DNA from: an uncultured Phocaeicola sp.
GTDB lineage: Bacteria; Bacteroidota; Bacteroidia; Bacteroidales; Bacteroidaceae
DNA length: 64,000 nt
Assembly: GCA_944322395.1 (NCBI GenBank)
Contig: CALUPA010000002.1
Coordinates: 18 to 64,017, forward strand
Direction: 5' to 3'
Shown here: positions 20,999 through 30,272 of the stretch, piece by piece
Numbering within the stretch: position 1 is the first letter of the stretch
How the letters are laid out: each line of letters opens with the position of its first letter
Program-made: the position numbers and the translations under genes
Notes under the pieces: generated by a model
The model's database searches: none
Seen by the model: the letters and a program-made list of their open reading frames with translations, nothing else
What the model was told of the DNA's origin: nothing

Positions 20999-21562
20999 TT
21001 ATTTTAATTTCTCAATTTCACTGTCAAAAACCTTTTTGAACTCTTCTCTATCCAATTCCGTCTTAATTTTTTCGTCTTGTTCAAAATTAGAAAGAATCTC
21101 GTCTTTAACACTTTGTTTGCTTAACTGCATACATACGAAACATTTATAATTTCCGTTTTCCAATCTGAACATTTTTTCACCTATCACTTCACTACCTTTC
21201 AGTGTCTGACTTACAGCTGTCAGCGCCCGTCTTTCATATACCTGAGTTAAATCTGCCTTATCACCTATATTGAAATTTTTTGCATACCTATCGACAACCA
21301 TTTCAACATTTGATTGAACCGTAGCAGCCAATTGCTCTCTTGCCGACTGTACTGCAATTTCTTTAGCTACAGACATTTGCGGACTTACACCTTCGGAAGT
21401 ATATCTCCAATATTCACTATTACTCTGATACTCTTTTCCGCTCAATGGCATTTCTATTTCAGTACCAATAGACATCTTATTTGCTGCCTTTTTAGAACTG
21501 CCACACGATACTACCAACAAAGAAGCTAATACAACAGATAATATAAAACTTATTTTTTTCAT
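20999..21562 (-). CDS. LPP20-like lipoprotein
   Basis: Lipobox LVVSC-G; G-x-S-x5-A...A..AR.QLA..V pattern typical of LPP20/FlgP-like domains. Confidence 0.65.
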   Translation of the reverse strand: MKKISFILSVVLASLLVVSCGSSKKAANKMSIGTEIEMPLSGKEYQSNSEYWRYTSEGVSPQMSVAKEIAVQSAREQLAATVQSNVEMVVDRYAKNFNIGDKADLTQVYERRALTAVSQTLKGSEVIGEKMFRLENGNYKCFVCMQLSKQSVKDEILSNFEQDEKIKTELDREEFKKVFDSEIEKLK

Positions 21563-21584
21563 GATAATTACTGTTTTAAAGTTA

Positions 21585-22871
21585 TTAGTTTACGGTTAAT
21601 TTATAAGGGCGTGTAAATTCGATAGTTTCCACATTTCCTGTCTTGTTGTTTTTTAATTTGATATATCCCTTTGCCAAATTTCCTTTCTTATATGTCAATT
21701 GATTTTCAGATATTGCTGAGAACTTAAAATGTCCTTTCCCTTGTTTCACTGTGTCACGATTAGAAACTATAGTTATAGGATTATTAAACTCATTAAGTTG
21801 AAGTGACATTTCATTAATAGAGAAATCACTTCCGCCACCAGCCAGCAAATTCATTTCCACTTCATATCCCCAAATCTCTTCATCTTTCTGTTTTGCAAAA
21901 ACATTAACAAATCCCGTAACCTTTATATCGGCCGTATATCCTGAAATATCGAAACGGAATTCATGTTTCATCTTTTTATTGCCTAAATGAAAGACCATTT
22001 CAACAGTGTTTGGATCATCAGGTTCGCATCCTTTATAATCATACTTTACGGTAAACGATTTGTCAGAGACGTTACGCGATACAGAAAGATTAGTGACATA
22101 ATCGCTCTTCAACAATGGAAGTTTGGAACATGATATAACCTTGTCCTGCAGAATCAATACACAACTATATTCTCCTGGTGTGTTGTTCAATGTCTGCACA
22201 GTAATCTGACTGTAAAGTTCATTATACTGTTTTATCAGCAGTGCAGTCTCACTTTTTCTTACATCATCAAAGAAATATTCTGCAAGAGCTCTTAATTCAA
22301 CAATACGACTACCTATTTCTTCTACCGAATTTACATTATTGTATTCAGATTTCAATTTTTCGAGCTGCAGACTCTTTTCTTCATCATTCTTCTCGAATTC
22401 GAATATCAGCTTTTTCTTTGTTATTTCCGGGTATGGGTATTTCAGATGGAATCTATAGAAATACTTTTTTTCTTTTTTCACGTATATCCTTTCCCAGTAT
22501 GTCTCGGCATCGGACACACTTATACCGGAAATAAACGGAAGACGAGCAGCAATAGTCTTTATTTCAGAAGAATATTCAGTCTTTAGAGCATGATGTTCAT
22601 TGAATGAAGTCTGCGTTTTAGAACTGAATGACGACGAATTAATATTAACAGCTACACTGTTTACAATTTCCTGTTTGACCAACTCCATACATTTGTTCCT
22701 GGCCTCCATCATATCAGGCGCATCTGCTGTTACAATGATTGTTTCAGGCATTGTAGTACCAATCCATTTGGGTTTCTTGCCACTGTTTTCTACAACTTTT
22801 TCTTGAGCATTTACCGCTATTGAAGTAATGCATAATAACATCAATACAATTCTAAAAAGTGAAACCTTCAT
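21585..22871 (-). CDS. Secreted protein with an LPP20-like N-domain, coiled coil and beta-rich C-domains
   Basis: Signal peptide ending AVNA; KPKWI...A...EARNKC...KQEIVNSVAVNI. Confidence 0.55.
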   Translation of the reverse strand: MKVSLFRIVLMLLCITSIAVNAQEKVVENSGKKPKWIGTTMPETIIVTADAPDMMEARNKCMELVKQEIVNSVAVNINSSSFSSKTQTSFNEHHALKTEYSSEIKTIAARLPFISGISVSDAETYWERIYVKKEKKYFYRFHLKYPYPEITKKKLIFEFEKNDEEKSLQLEKLKSEYNNVNSVEEIGSRIVELRALAEYFFDDVRKSETALLIKQYNELYSQITVQTLNNTPGEYSCVLILQDKVISCSKLPLLKSDYVTNLSVSRNVSDKSFTVKYDYKGCEPDDPNTVEMVFHLGNKKMKHEFRFDISGYTADIKVTGFVNVFAKQKDEEIWGYEVEMNLLAGGGSDFSINEMSLQLNEFNNPITIVSNRDTVKQGKGHFKFSAISENQLTYKKGNLAKGYIKLKNNKTGNVETIEFTRPYKLTVN

Positions 22872-22891
22872 ACTTATACTCCTTTCTTAAT

Positions 22892-23230
22892 CTACATTTT
22901 TGCTTTTGCCAGACCATACATTAAAAGTAAAGTCAGGACCACAAAAAGCAGATTGGCTATATAAAACCCTTGATTACCAATATCTGTGATATTAAAGATT
23001 ACATTCATTATAATAAATATAAAGAATGACAATGAACCTACTACCCTTATAAGAGCTGTTGGACGTGGTTTATCAATAATACTCACAGACATAAAAGAAC
23101 TGAGATATAACGCAAGAACTATTCCTACCATTACACTCCTTGACACTTCCAAGCCGGAAACACTGAAAGCATATGCTATAATAACCGAAATTATTATAGC
23201 AAAGCCCAGTAAAACATAATTTATTCTCAT
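22892..23230 (-). CDS. Small 4-TM membrane protein
   Basis: Four hydrophobic segments in 112 aa; 12- and 20-nt gaps to its neighbours. Confidence 0.75.
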   Translation of the reverse strand: MRINYVLLGFAIIISVIIAYAFSVSGLEVSRSVMVGIVLALYLSSFMSVSIIDKPRPTALIRVVGSLSFFIFIIMNVIFNITDIGNQGFYIANLLFVVLTLLLMYGLAKAKM

Positions 23231-23242
23231 GACCTTTCGATA

Positions 23243-23587
23243 TTAAAATTGTGGCAATGGAGGCGGAAGCTGCTCCAGATTAGGACGGATATCCTCTACA
23301 TCCTTTGCTTTCTTCCATTCTTGCAGTCCCGCTTTCCAGATATAAGTTTCCGGTGTTATTTCTCCCGCATTTATACGTTCAAGAATTTCACCCATAGAGA
23401 ATGGTCCCTGCTGCTTTCCATTAATCATGGCATAAATGTAGCGTGGAGGTCCCTGATTATAAGCCGTCTCTATAGCATTAATATTAGCTTTACATACACT
23501 AGCCATAGACTGTGTAAACATTGGCGCCATAGAAAATGCCATTGCTGTTTCAAGCATATTATTTATTGACAAATCATCATTATCCAT
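23243..23587 (-). CDS. GYF_2 (DUF4339) domain protein
   Basis: NGKQQGPFS...GEITPETYIWKAGLQEWKKA...PPPLP. Confidence 0.85.
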   Translation of the reverse strand: MDNDDLSINNMLETAMAFSMAPMFTQSMASVCKANINAIETAYNQGPPRYIYAMINGKQQGPFSMGEILERINAGEITPETYIWKAGLQEWKKAKDVEDIRPNLEQLPPPLPQF

Positions 23588-23623
23588 ATCTGTAAAGATT
23601 TTTAATGTTTATAATATTTTTCT

Positions 23624-24976
23624 TTAAAGAGCAGGAGGTACCGGTGGCATTGGTGGTGGAACAGCTCCGAATAGCGACATTAATTCAGGTATCCGTGCTG
23701 CCAACTCCCATCCTGGCATTCCTTGTTTCCAAGCATAAGTATTAGGTGTGAGTTGCCCTGTTTGAACAAGCTGCTGAAGCTGTGCCATATTATATGGTCC
23801 ACTCTGCTGACCATTTATAGCTATGAAATACTGCACAATAGCACCTGTTGGAGGAGGTGGTGGAGTCTGCTGGTTCATTCCATTCATCATATTACCCATC
23901 ATATTAGCCATATTTCCTCCTATGGCGCCACCCATCATCATACCTGTCATCATACCTGCCGGGTTCATGCCTCCGCCTTCGCCGAATCCCATATTGGCAT
24001 TCATCATACCTAGACTTTCAGCTGCTGTACGTGCTACATCACCCTGAATGTTAAGCTGATGTGCTCCTAGATAAGCTGTTTCTGTTGCCAATTTCTGGCG
24101 TCTCTGTGCTTCTTCACGCTGTATACGTAGCGCTTCTTCCATATTTTCAGCACCTATTGCCTGCATATCCTCCATATTCTGCATATTGACCTCATATTGT
24201 TTCTGTATTGTGGCAGCTTGACTTGCTCCAATAGCCATCAATTCTTGGTAACTATCAGAGTTTTCATCTAACTTAATTTCAGAAAGGTCGAAACGCTTCA
24301 TGGATACAGAAAAATCATTTTCCAAAGCAGGCTTGACTCTTGATTCGATAAATGTGCTTATTAAATCTATACCTCTTTCTATCTGATTAACAGGTATTTT
24401 AAGATCGTGAGGAGCACCTGTAACCGCCGTCTTAACATATCTGATAGCCATATCACGAATCTGAAGTGCAAGATCTTCAATATCAAAAGAACGCATTCTA
24501 TAATGATTTACAAAACGCTTATAATCGGAGATGCAGAATGTGATAGAACCCTTTACCTGCACAGGTATAGACAAGTGTGGAAGATTTGGATCAGCAATTT
24601 TAAACCAATCAAGGAAGAACTGCGAACGTATACTACCTGCCAGATTAATAAAATAAATCTCAGCCTGAAAAGGTGAATCACCTCCATACGCCATACCGAC
24701 TATACTTGTCAGTATAGGCAGGTTTGCAGTCTTTATTGTCTGATCAAAAGGACCTTCAATAAAGTCCATCATTTTATCTTCCTGTTTGTATACCAACACT
24801 GCTACCTCACCAGCCTTTACTCGCAGACTGCTACCATATCTAATCGCATTTTCCTTACGACTTTTTTCTCCTGTTGGCGACCATTTCCAAACCAAATAAT
24901 CAGACTCATCACATCTGATTACATCCATCAATCCGCCTTCTTTTTTATTTCCAAATCCAAATAGTCCCATAGCCAT
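23624..24976 (-). CDS. SPFH/Band-7 (YdjI-like) protein with an M/G-rich linker and C-terminal GYF_2 domain
   Basis: LVWKW, GSSLRV, TANLPIL, YGGDSPFQAEIYFIN; coiled coil; NGQQSGPY...TYAWKQGMPGW...PPP. Confidence 0.85.
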   Translation of the reverse strand: MAMGLFGFGNKKEGGLMDVIRCDESDYLVWKWSPTGEKSRKENAIRYGSSLRVKAGEVAVLVYKQEDKMMDFIEGPFDQTIKTANLPILTSIVGMAYGGDSPFQAEIYFINLAGSIRSQFFLDWFKIADPNLPHLSIPVQVKGSITFCISDYKRFVNHYRMRSFDIEDLALQIRDMAIRYVKTAVTGAPHDLKIPVNQIERGIDLISTFIESRVKPALENDFSVSMKRFDLSEIKLDENSDSYQELMAIGASQAATIQKQYEVNMQNMEDMQAIGAENMEEALRIQREEAQRRQKLATETAYLGAHQLNIQGDVARTAAESLGMMNANMGFGEGGGMNPAGMMTGMMMGGAIGGNMANMMGNMMNGMNQQTPPPPPTGAIVQYFIAINGQQSGPYNMAQLQQLVQTGQLTPNTYAWKQGMPGWELAARIPELMSLFGAVPPPMPPVPPAL

Positions 24977-25885
24977 TTATTTTAATAGGTTTTCCAACTT
25001 TTGTATATCGGACTTATATCTCATTGCTGTACATTTTTTCACAAATGTTTTAGCATTATCCATATCACCATTATTGATATAAGCCATTGCAATAGCTTTA
25101 GCACATTCCATATCTCCCATCTTTCCCATAAGATTGTCCAAGAAAAACTTTTCAGCTTCAGACATCTGTCCTGCTGTAATAATTTCATTAACTATAGTAA
25201 GACGGTATTCAGGATTGTCCTGCTCCTGTTCTGAAGCAGACAAATAAGCTTTTACATTCTCTTTCCAATCACTTTTATCTACGACTTCGGATACTGTATT
25301 TTCTTCAACTATTGAAGAAACAGAACAAGTTCCTGTGGTAGATAGAATTATTATAACAGCCAGTATTGCAATCCAAATAAAAATATTTTTGCGTATTTCT
25401 CTGTTCCAGCTTTCTTCAACTTCCGATATCTGAGTAGAAATATCTGCAAGTAATTTTTTTACTTCCTTATTTTCACCAAAATCTCTTTTTGCTATTCGCG
25501 CTGTCATTTCATAGTTATTTTTCAATTTTTTAAAGTCACGTTCAGCAATATCAGCCTTGAATGTTCCTTTAAATTTCTTCACTATAACCCAAACTGACCA
25601 TATAAGAGACAGGAAAAACAATATCCAGAATAATCCTGCACTACTTATCCATGCTATAATAAGCAAGAATATTGATATTATAGGAACTATAAAAACAGAA
25701 AGTCTTGACATTCCTGCCATAAATCCAGGAACAGGAATTTCCTTTATGTCATGCAAAATATATTCAAGCGAGTTTGCCATATCTTCGGCTGTCGGCGAAT
25801 CTTCACTTTCTACTACAGCCCCACACACAGGACAAACTTTTGAAAGTAACGGCAACATTTCGTTACAACGTGGACATCTCTTCAT
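24977..25885 (-). CDS. Zn-ribbon membrane protein with a TPR-like C-terminus
   Basis: CPRC...CPVCG, 3 TM segments, helical C-terminus. Its stop abuts the SPFH start. Confidence 0.7.
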   Translation of the reverse strand: MKRCPRCNEMLPLLSKVCPVCGAVVESEDSPTAEDMANSLEYILHDIKEIPVPGFMAGMSRLSVFIVPIISIFLLIIAWISSAGLFWILFFLSLIWSVWVIVKKFKGTFKADIAERDFKKLKNNYEMTARIAKRDFGENKEVKKLLADISTQISEVEESWNREIRKNIFIWIAILAVIIILSTTGTCSVSSIVEENTVSEVVDKSDWKENVKAYLSASEQEQDNPEYRLTIVNEIITAGQMSEAEKFFLDNLMGKMGDMECAKAIAMAYINNGDMDNAKTFVKKCTAMRYKSDIQKLENLLK

Positions 25886-25912
25886 ATTATAAAAATTAAT
25901 GTTATACTTAAT

Positions 25913-26881
25913 TTATTTCAGTTTTCCAAAAAGCCAAGATGAAACCTTATCGCCTAAGGATTCTGAACTTTCTTTATTTACTTTTTCGGCTGCAGTATAT
26001 GAAGCCTCTAGCTGCATTTTCTTCAACATCACTTCATTATCCTGAGCTCTCTGTGCCATTTCCATTTTCTGCTCCTGAGCTTTTATACGAGCTTCGTATG
26101 CAGCCCTATCGTTAGCTTCAATGGTCTGCTGAATCTGATTTACCATCGCCTTAGCTTCTTTGGCATGATTACTCATTGGATCAACATATAGCAAACAGTC
26201 GAGAGCTTCGGGATATTTTTTCAATATCATATTGTTTTTCGCTTCCTGGATTGACATAAGAGCATATTTGTCTATCATTTGCTGATGAACACTACGCATC
26301 ATTTCCGAGACAGTCATATATTCACTTACAGATTCAGGTATTGTTGACAGGACTGCCAAAGCCTGATCAAATTCACCTTTATCGGCCAGTTGTTGAGCTT
26401 TTGCTATCAATACTGGAGTTCTGTCAATATAATATTTCTCTATTTTCTCGCGAACAGAAGCCATAAAAGCTTTTACCTCCGGTTTGCGAGGGTTGATCTT
26501 GCGAAAAGCACTTCCCATAGCCATAGCCTCATTTTTAGCCATTGCTCCTACTTCGAACGAAAATTCATCAATTATTATCTGTTCTGCTACACCTACGGCA
26601 TATACCGATACTTCAAGATTTACTTTCACAGTAGTAGGAACTGTAGGAATAACTTCTTTCTCCAATGGAATAATATTGGCAGTAAGTATAAAGTCTCCTG
26701 ACGATGAGCCAAATCCATTTACTGTAGCCATCTGCAATAGCCTTTGCTTAAGAGTATTGGAAAGGCTACTGTTCAGATTCAACTCGTCGGGTACTATAGG
26801 AGTTATTGAAATCTGGCTTTGAGCCACGACACACTCTGAGAACAAAAGCATTAATAAAGCTATATACGAAAAATATTTCAT
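25913..26881 (-). CDS. Secreted protein, alpha/beta N-domain followed by TPR-like helices and a coiled coil
   Basis: Signal peptide; IAKAQQLADKGEFDQALAVLSTIP is TPR-like. Confidence 0.6.
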   Translation of the reverse strand: MKYFSYIALLMLLFSECVVAQSQISITPIVPDELNLNSSLSNTLKQRLLQMATVNGFGSSSGDFILTANIIPLEKEVIPTVPTTVKVNLEVSVYAVGVAEQIIIDEFSFEVGAMAKNEAMAMGSAFRKINPRKPEVKAFMASVREKIEKYYIDRTPVLIAKAQQLADKGEFDQALAVLSTIPESVSEYMTVSEMMRSVHQQMIDKYALMSIQEAKNNMILKKYPEALDCLLYVDPMSNHAKEAKAMVNQIQQTIEANDRAAYEARIKAQEQKMEMAQRAQDNEVMLKKMQLEASYTAAEKVNKESSESLGDKVSSWLFGKLK

Positions 26882-26898
26882 ACTACTTATTTTAATTA

Positions 26899-27873
26899 TT
26901 ATTTTTCTCCTAAAACCAATATAACCTGTCCCTGACCTCTAATTACTTTTTTAGCTGGGATGTCATATTGTTTCAAGAAATTCACCAGTCCATTGATGTA
27001 ATTGCTGGAACTCATAGCTCTTTCTTTACCAGAAAGACTCTTTCCCATCAAAGGCATGCGCACATCATTATAAATGATAGAAGTAGCACTACGGCTTCTT
27101 TCATCGAAACGTCCCTGGACAGTATTATCTTCGAACCACACATATATAATATCTGCCAGCTCGGCTGTCTGACCATTATATTCGTATTCTGTTTCAAAGT
27201 CGAATGCTGCAGATTCAAACAATTTAAGTTCAACCGTTATATTACGTCCATTTTCAAACATATCATCAAAAAAGTTCTGAAGTCCGTATGTGAAGTTATC
27301 CATATAGCTCAACACAGCTTCTTCCAACAAGGTAGTTACAGGAGCTGTAGACTCACTTCCTACACCTGTATTACCTGATATGATGTTCTTTGAATATGCA
27401 TCAATTGCTGTCAGATTGAATGAGATTTGTCTTTTAGGACCTATACGGTTTATTTTGTAATCCAAATCAAGAATTATGTCCGGTTTAGCTTTTCTGTTTA
27501 ATATGTCTATTTCTGTTTCCTGAACTGGGCTACCACTCTCTTTACTTTGAATCAAAGATATATAAGCTGCATCCGTCACCATATCTTTCAAAGTCTGCTC
27601 AGTAGACTTGATAGGGAAATCTCTTGCAGCCATAATATCTCCCATCTTTGATATTATTACCCTGATTTCACTATTTTCCTGGAATGCCCTCTGATAATCC
27701 ATTGCTTTCATACTTACTCCATCCATATTTACTTCTGAATAGAATCCGTTAGCTATACACCAATTATCACTGGGAATCACCATTATTGTAGGTTTTTTAG
27801 CCTGGCCAAATACACCTAAAGAAACTAGCGAGAATAAAAAGCCTATTATCAACGAATAAAACTTCATAATCAT
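26899..27873 (-). CDS. DUF6175-like secreted protein (putative CsgG/TolB-N-like fold)
   Basis: Signal peptide then QAKKPTIMVIPSDNWC, recalled as the DUF6175 N-terminus. The fold is inferred. Confidence 0.6.
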   Translation of the reverse strand: MIMKFYSLIIGFLFSLVSLGVFGQAKKPTIMVIPSDNWCIANGFYSEVNMDGVSMKAMDYQRAFQENSEIRVIISKMGDIMAARDFPIKSTEQTLKDMVTDAAYISLIQSKESGSPVQETEIDILNRKAKPDIILDLDYKINRIGPKRQISFNLTAIDAYSKNIISGNTGVGSESTAPVTTLLEEAVLSYMDNFTYGLQNFFDDMFENGRNITVELKLFESAAFDFETEYEYNGQTAELADIIYVWFEDNTVQGRFDERSRSATSIIYNDVRMPLMGKSLSGKERAMSSSNYINGLVNFLKQYDIPAKKVIRGQGQVILVLGEK

Positions 27874-27882
27874 ATCTTAATA

Positions 27883-28395
27883 TTAAAATCCACTTGACAA
27901 ACCTTTGACAATACCATCTGCTTCTAGTTTTTTACGCAGATTATCGAACATTACCTGAACATAAATAGCTACCTTATAGCCCTTCTTTACTTTCAAGCGA
28001 TCCTGACCAGAAGGAACACCATCTGTAGTCATATTTACAAAATCGATGTATGGACCTGCAGTCTGGAAGAAATTATCGAAATAATCCTGATTAGCCTTGT
28101 ATGCATTGGCATCTCTACAGATTGCAGGTGTTGCATTTGCAGTGCTTGATGCAGGAAGTCCACGGAAAATACATGCATATACAGCATTCTTTTTTGCCTG
28201 AACTATAGCATCATCAACCTTTTTACCATACCCCCAAACCTTAACAAACTTCGTTCCTTCTGTACCCACTTTTACTGTAGTAATCTCGAAATTCTGCATG
28301 CTTTCAAACAAAGCCTTACGTTCTTTTCTACTTTGAGAAAAAACTATTGGTGCCGAGAATATCAGCACCAATAGAAATGATAAAAATCTGTTCAT
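27883..28395 (-). CDS. Secreted LPP20/FlgT-N-like protein
   Basis: Signal peptide; VKVWGYGKKVDDAIVQAKKNAVYACIF; C-terminal V.V..DNLRKKLE..GI. Confidence 0.55.
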   Translation of the reverse strand: MNRFLSFLLVLIFSAPIVFSQSRKERKALFESMQNFEITTVKVGTEGTKFVKVWGYGKKVDDAIVQAKKNAVYACIFRGLPASSTANATPAICRDANAYKANQDYFDNFFQTAGPYIDFVNMTTDGVPSGQDRLKVKKGYKVAIYVQVMFDNLRKKLEADGIVKGLSSGF

Positions 28396-28426
28396 ATCGT
28401 TATATTTTGTTATTATTCTATCATAA

Positions 28427-30052
28427 TTAGAATATATATTTCAAACCAATATTAAAACCTACACCGTTCTTTCTGCCAAGATCATCTAAAGTTTCGTTAC
28501 GTAATTTATAAATATCACCTTGGAACAACAAAGCCGAATAATCAACAGATCCAAACAACTGCAAAGGATAAGCTATATTCATATTGAATTTCAATCCTAA
28601 TGAGCCCGTATATGCTGTCTTTTCACTGAAAGATGAATCATCAGAATCATCTTCTTCACCATTTACATTAATTCCATCGATACCCACCAATACGAAAGGC
28701 ATAAATTCAAAATATCTGATAAATGGACGAATACCTATTCCATAACCAATAGAAGCATTTATGAAATTAACACCCGAAGAAGTAGAAGTGTAAAGATTGT
28801 TATCCTTTAATTTGCTTTCAGAAATAATATTAAAACCAATATTTACAAGGGCATACTGAGATATACCATTGGTTTTTATACTTACAAGTTTATCAAGGTT
28901 AAGATAATAACCGTCAAAAGAGCCCATTCTGTAGCTTAATCCACCACCTAGTGCCCAGTCATTTTTCTGTTTAAGGATTGCTCCTTCACTGATACCGAAA
29001 CCGGAAATCTGATAGAATTCACTTTCAGGAGTTTTACCCGAGGCATTTACTCTGTTATCTGCAACTTTAGTAGCACGAACATATCCTTTTGGAACTGACT
29101 TCAACTTACCATTTTCATCTTCTGTATAAATATATGCACGATATCTTGTAGTATTCTTAACACCCTCTTTTTTACCAATCTTAGCTCTTAGAGGTTTAAC
29201 GTGTGTTATGGCAGAAGCAACACTCCATGTATCTATTTTATTTTCCAATACATGTATAGCAGACTGATAACTTTCTATTGCTGAAGTCTCTAATCCTCCG
29301 TCAGACTCGCTTTTAGAAGTAGAGTAATCACCTGAAGCAACAAAATTCAGACCTACATTCATATTATTCCAAATATCATTTTTCTGCTGTTTTACAGCGT
29401 CTGTATCTTCTGCATATATCCATGAATTCATAACTGAATTATAAACTTCATCAGTATAATTAAGCTTATAAACATATACATTTGCCTGTGAAGTCCAGCT
29501 CACTTTGCCCTTATCGTCAACTTTCTTTTCTACATTGGAATAGTCAAGGAAAAGCACATAACTATTACCAACCAACTTATATCCACCATCTTTCAGAGCA
29601 GAAAGTCCCACTTTAGCTACCTGAGCATTGAAATAATCCTGGTCAGTAACATTGTAACGTCCTCTCTTCTCAACAATAGTGGCATCCATTTCGCCATTGT
29701 CTTTCCTATTAAACCAATAAGAAAGTATTTCCTTTCCTATAGATTGAACTTCAGTATTTGAACTTATTTGATTTAATGTCAGCTGTGTGTTTCTCGGAAC
29801 ATTTACATTGATTTCATTAGTTTTGATAAAATTTATATCAAACTTAGTAACCTTATCGGAATTCATGAAGTTCTTTTTGATATATTCCTTCAATTGCGAA
29901 TCATACACGTCACCTCTAGACACATATACAACGGAAATACTACTTCTATTATACTCATCAGAAACAACTTCACTTACCTTCTCCTGAGCTATTATATTAT
30001 TCAAAGAACATAATAAAAATAAAACAACAGCCAATAATAAATGTTTTCTCAT
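28427..30052 (-). CDS. Outer-membrane protein with periplasmic N-domains and a C-terminal beta-barrel
   Basis: Signal peptide; AKIGKKEGV...GYVRATKV (FlgT-C-like); amphipathic strands ending GFNIGLKYIF (terminal Phe beta-signal). Confidence 0.65.
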   Translation of the reverse strand: MRKHLLLAVVLFLLCSLNNIIAQEKVSEVVSDEYNRSSISVVYVSRGDVYDSQLKEYIKKNFMNSDKVTKFDINFIKTNEINVNVPRNTQLTLNQISSNTEVQSIGKEILSYWFNRKDNGEMDATIVEKRGRYNVTDQDYFNAQVAKVGLSALKDGGYKLVGNSYVLFLDYSNVEKKVDDKGKVSWTSQANVYVYKLNYTDEVYNSVMNSWIYAEDTDAVKQQKNDIWNNMNVGLNFVASGDYSTSKSESDGGLETSAIESYQSAIHVLENKIDTWSVASAITHVKPLRAKIGKKEGVKNTTRYRAYIYTEDENGKLKSVPKGYVRATKVADNRVNASGKTPESEFYQISGFGISEGAILKQKNDWALGGGLSYRMGSFDGYYLNLDKLVSIKTNGISQYALVNIGFNIISESKLKDNNLYTSTSSGVNFINASIGYGIGIRPFIRYFEFMPFVLVGIDGINVNGEEDDSDDSSFSEKTAYTGSLGLKFNMNIAYPLQLFGSVDYSALLFQGDIYKLRNETLDDLGRKNGVGFNIGLKYIF

Positions 30053-30079
30053 AATTAATATATTTTAAAATTACAATCG

Positions 30080-30087
30080 CAAAGTTA
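30080..30087 (-). promoter_or_regulatory. -7 promoter box of the 11-gene envelope operon
   Basis: TAACTTTG on the minus strand, 27 nt upstream of the ATG at 30052. Confidence 0.7.
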
Positions 30088-30272
30088 GAAGTTTATATAA
30101 AATACACAAGAAAAATATAATCAAATCAATATTGAGACATAACATTTTTACACATTAACAAAAGATGAGAATAATCTGTTATGTAATCCGAAAAATTAAA
30201 ATCATCATTTCTTACTTTATCATTTATTTTTCTTATCTTTATTGCATAGCAAACAATTTAAAGCCTTAAATT

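Noticed and set aside
19466..30052. Type VI or type IX secretion locus, or prophage
   Set aside because: No recognisable TssB/C, Hcp, VgrG, ClpV, PorK-N/SprA, terminase, capsid or integrase.
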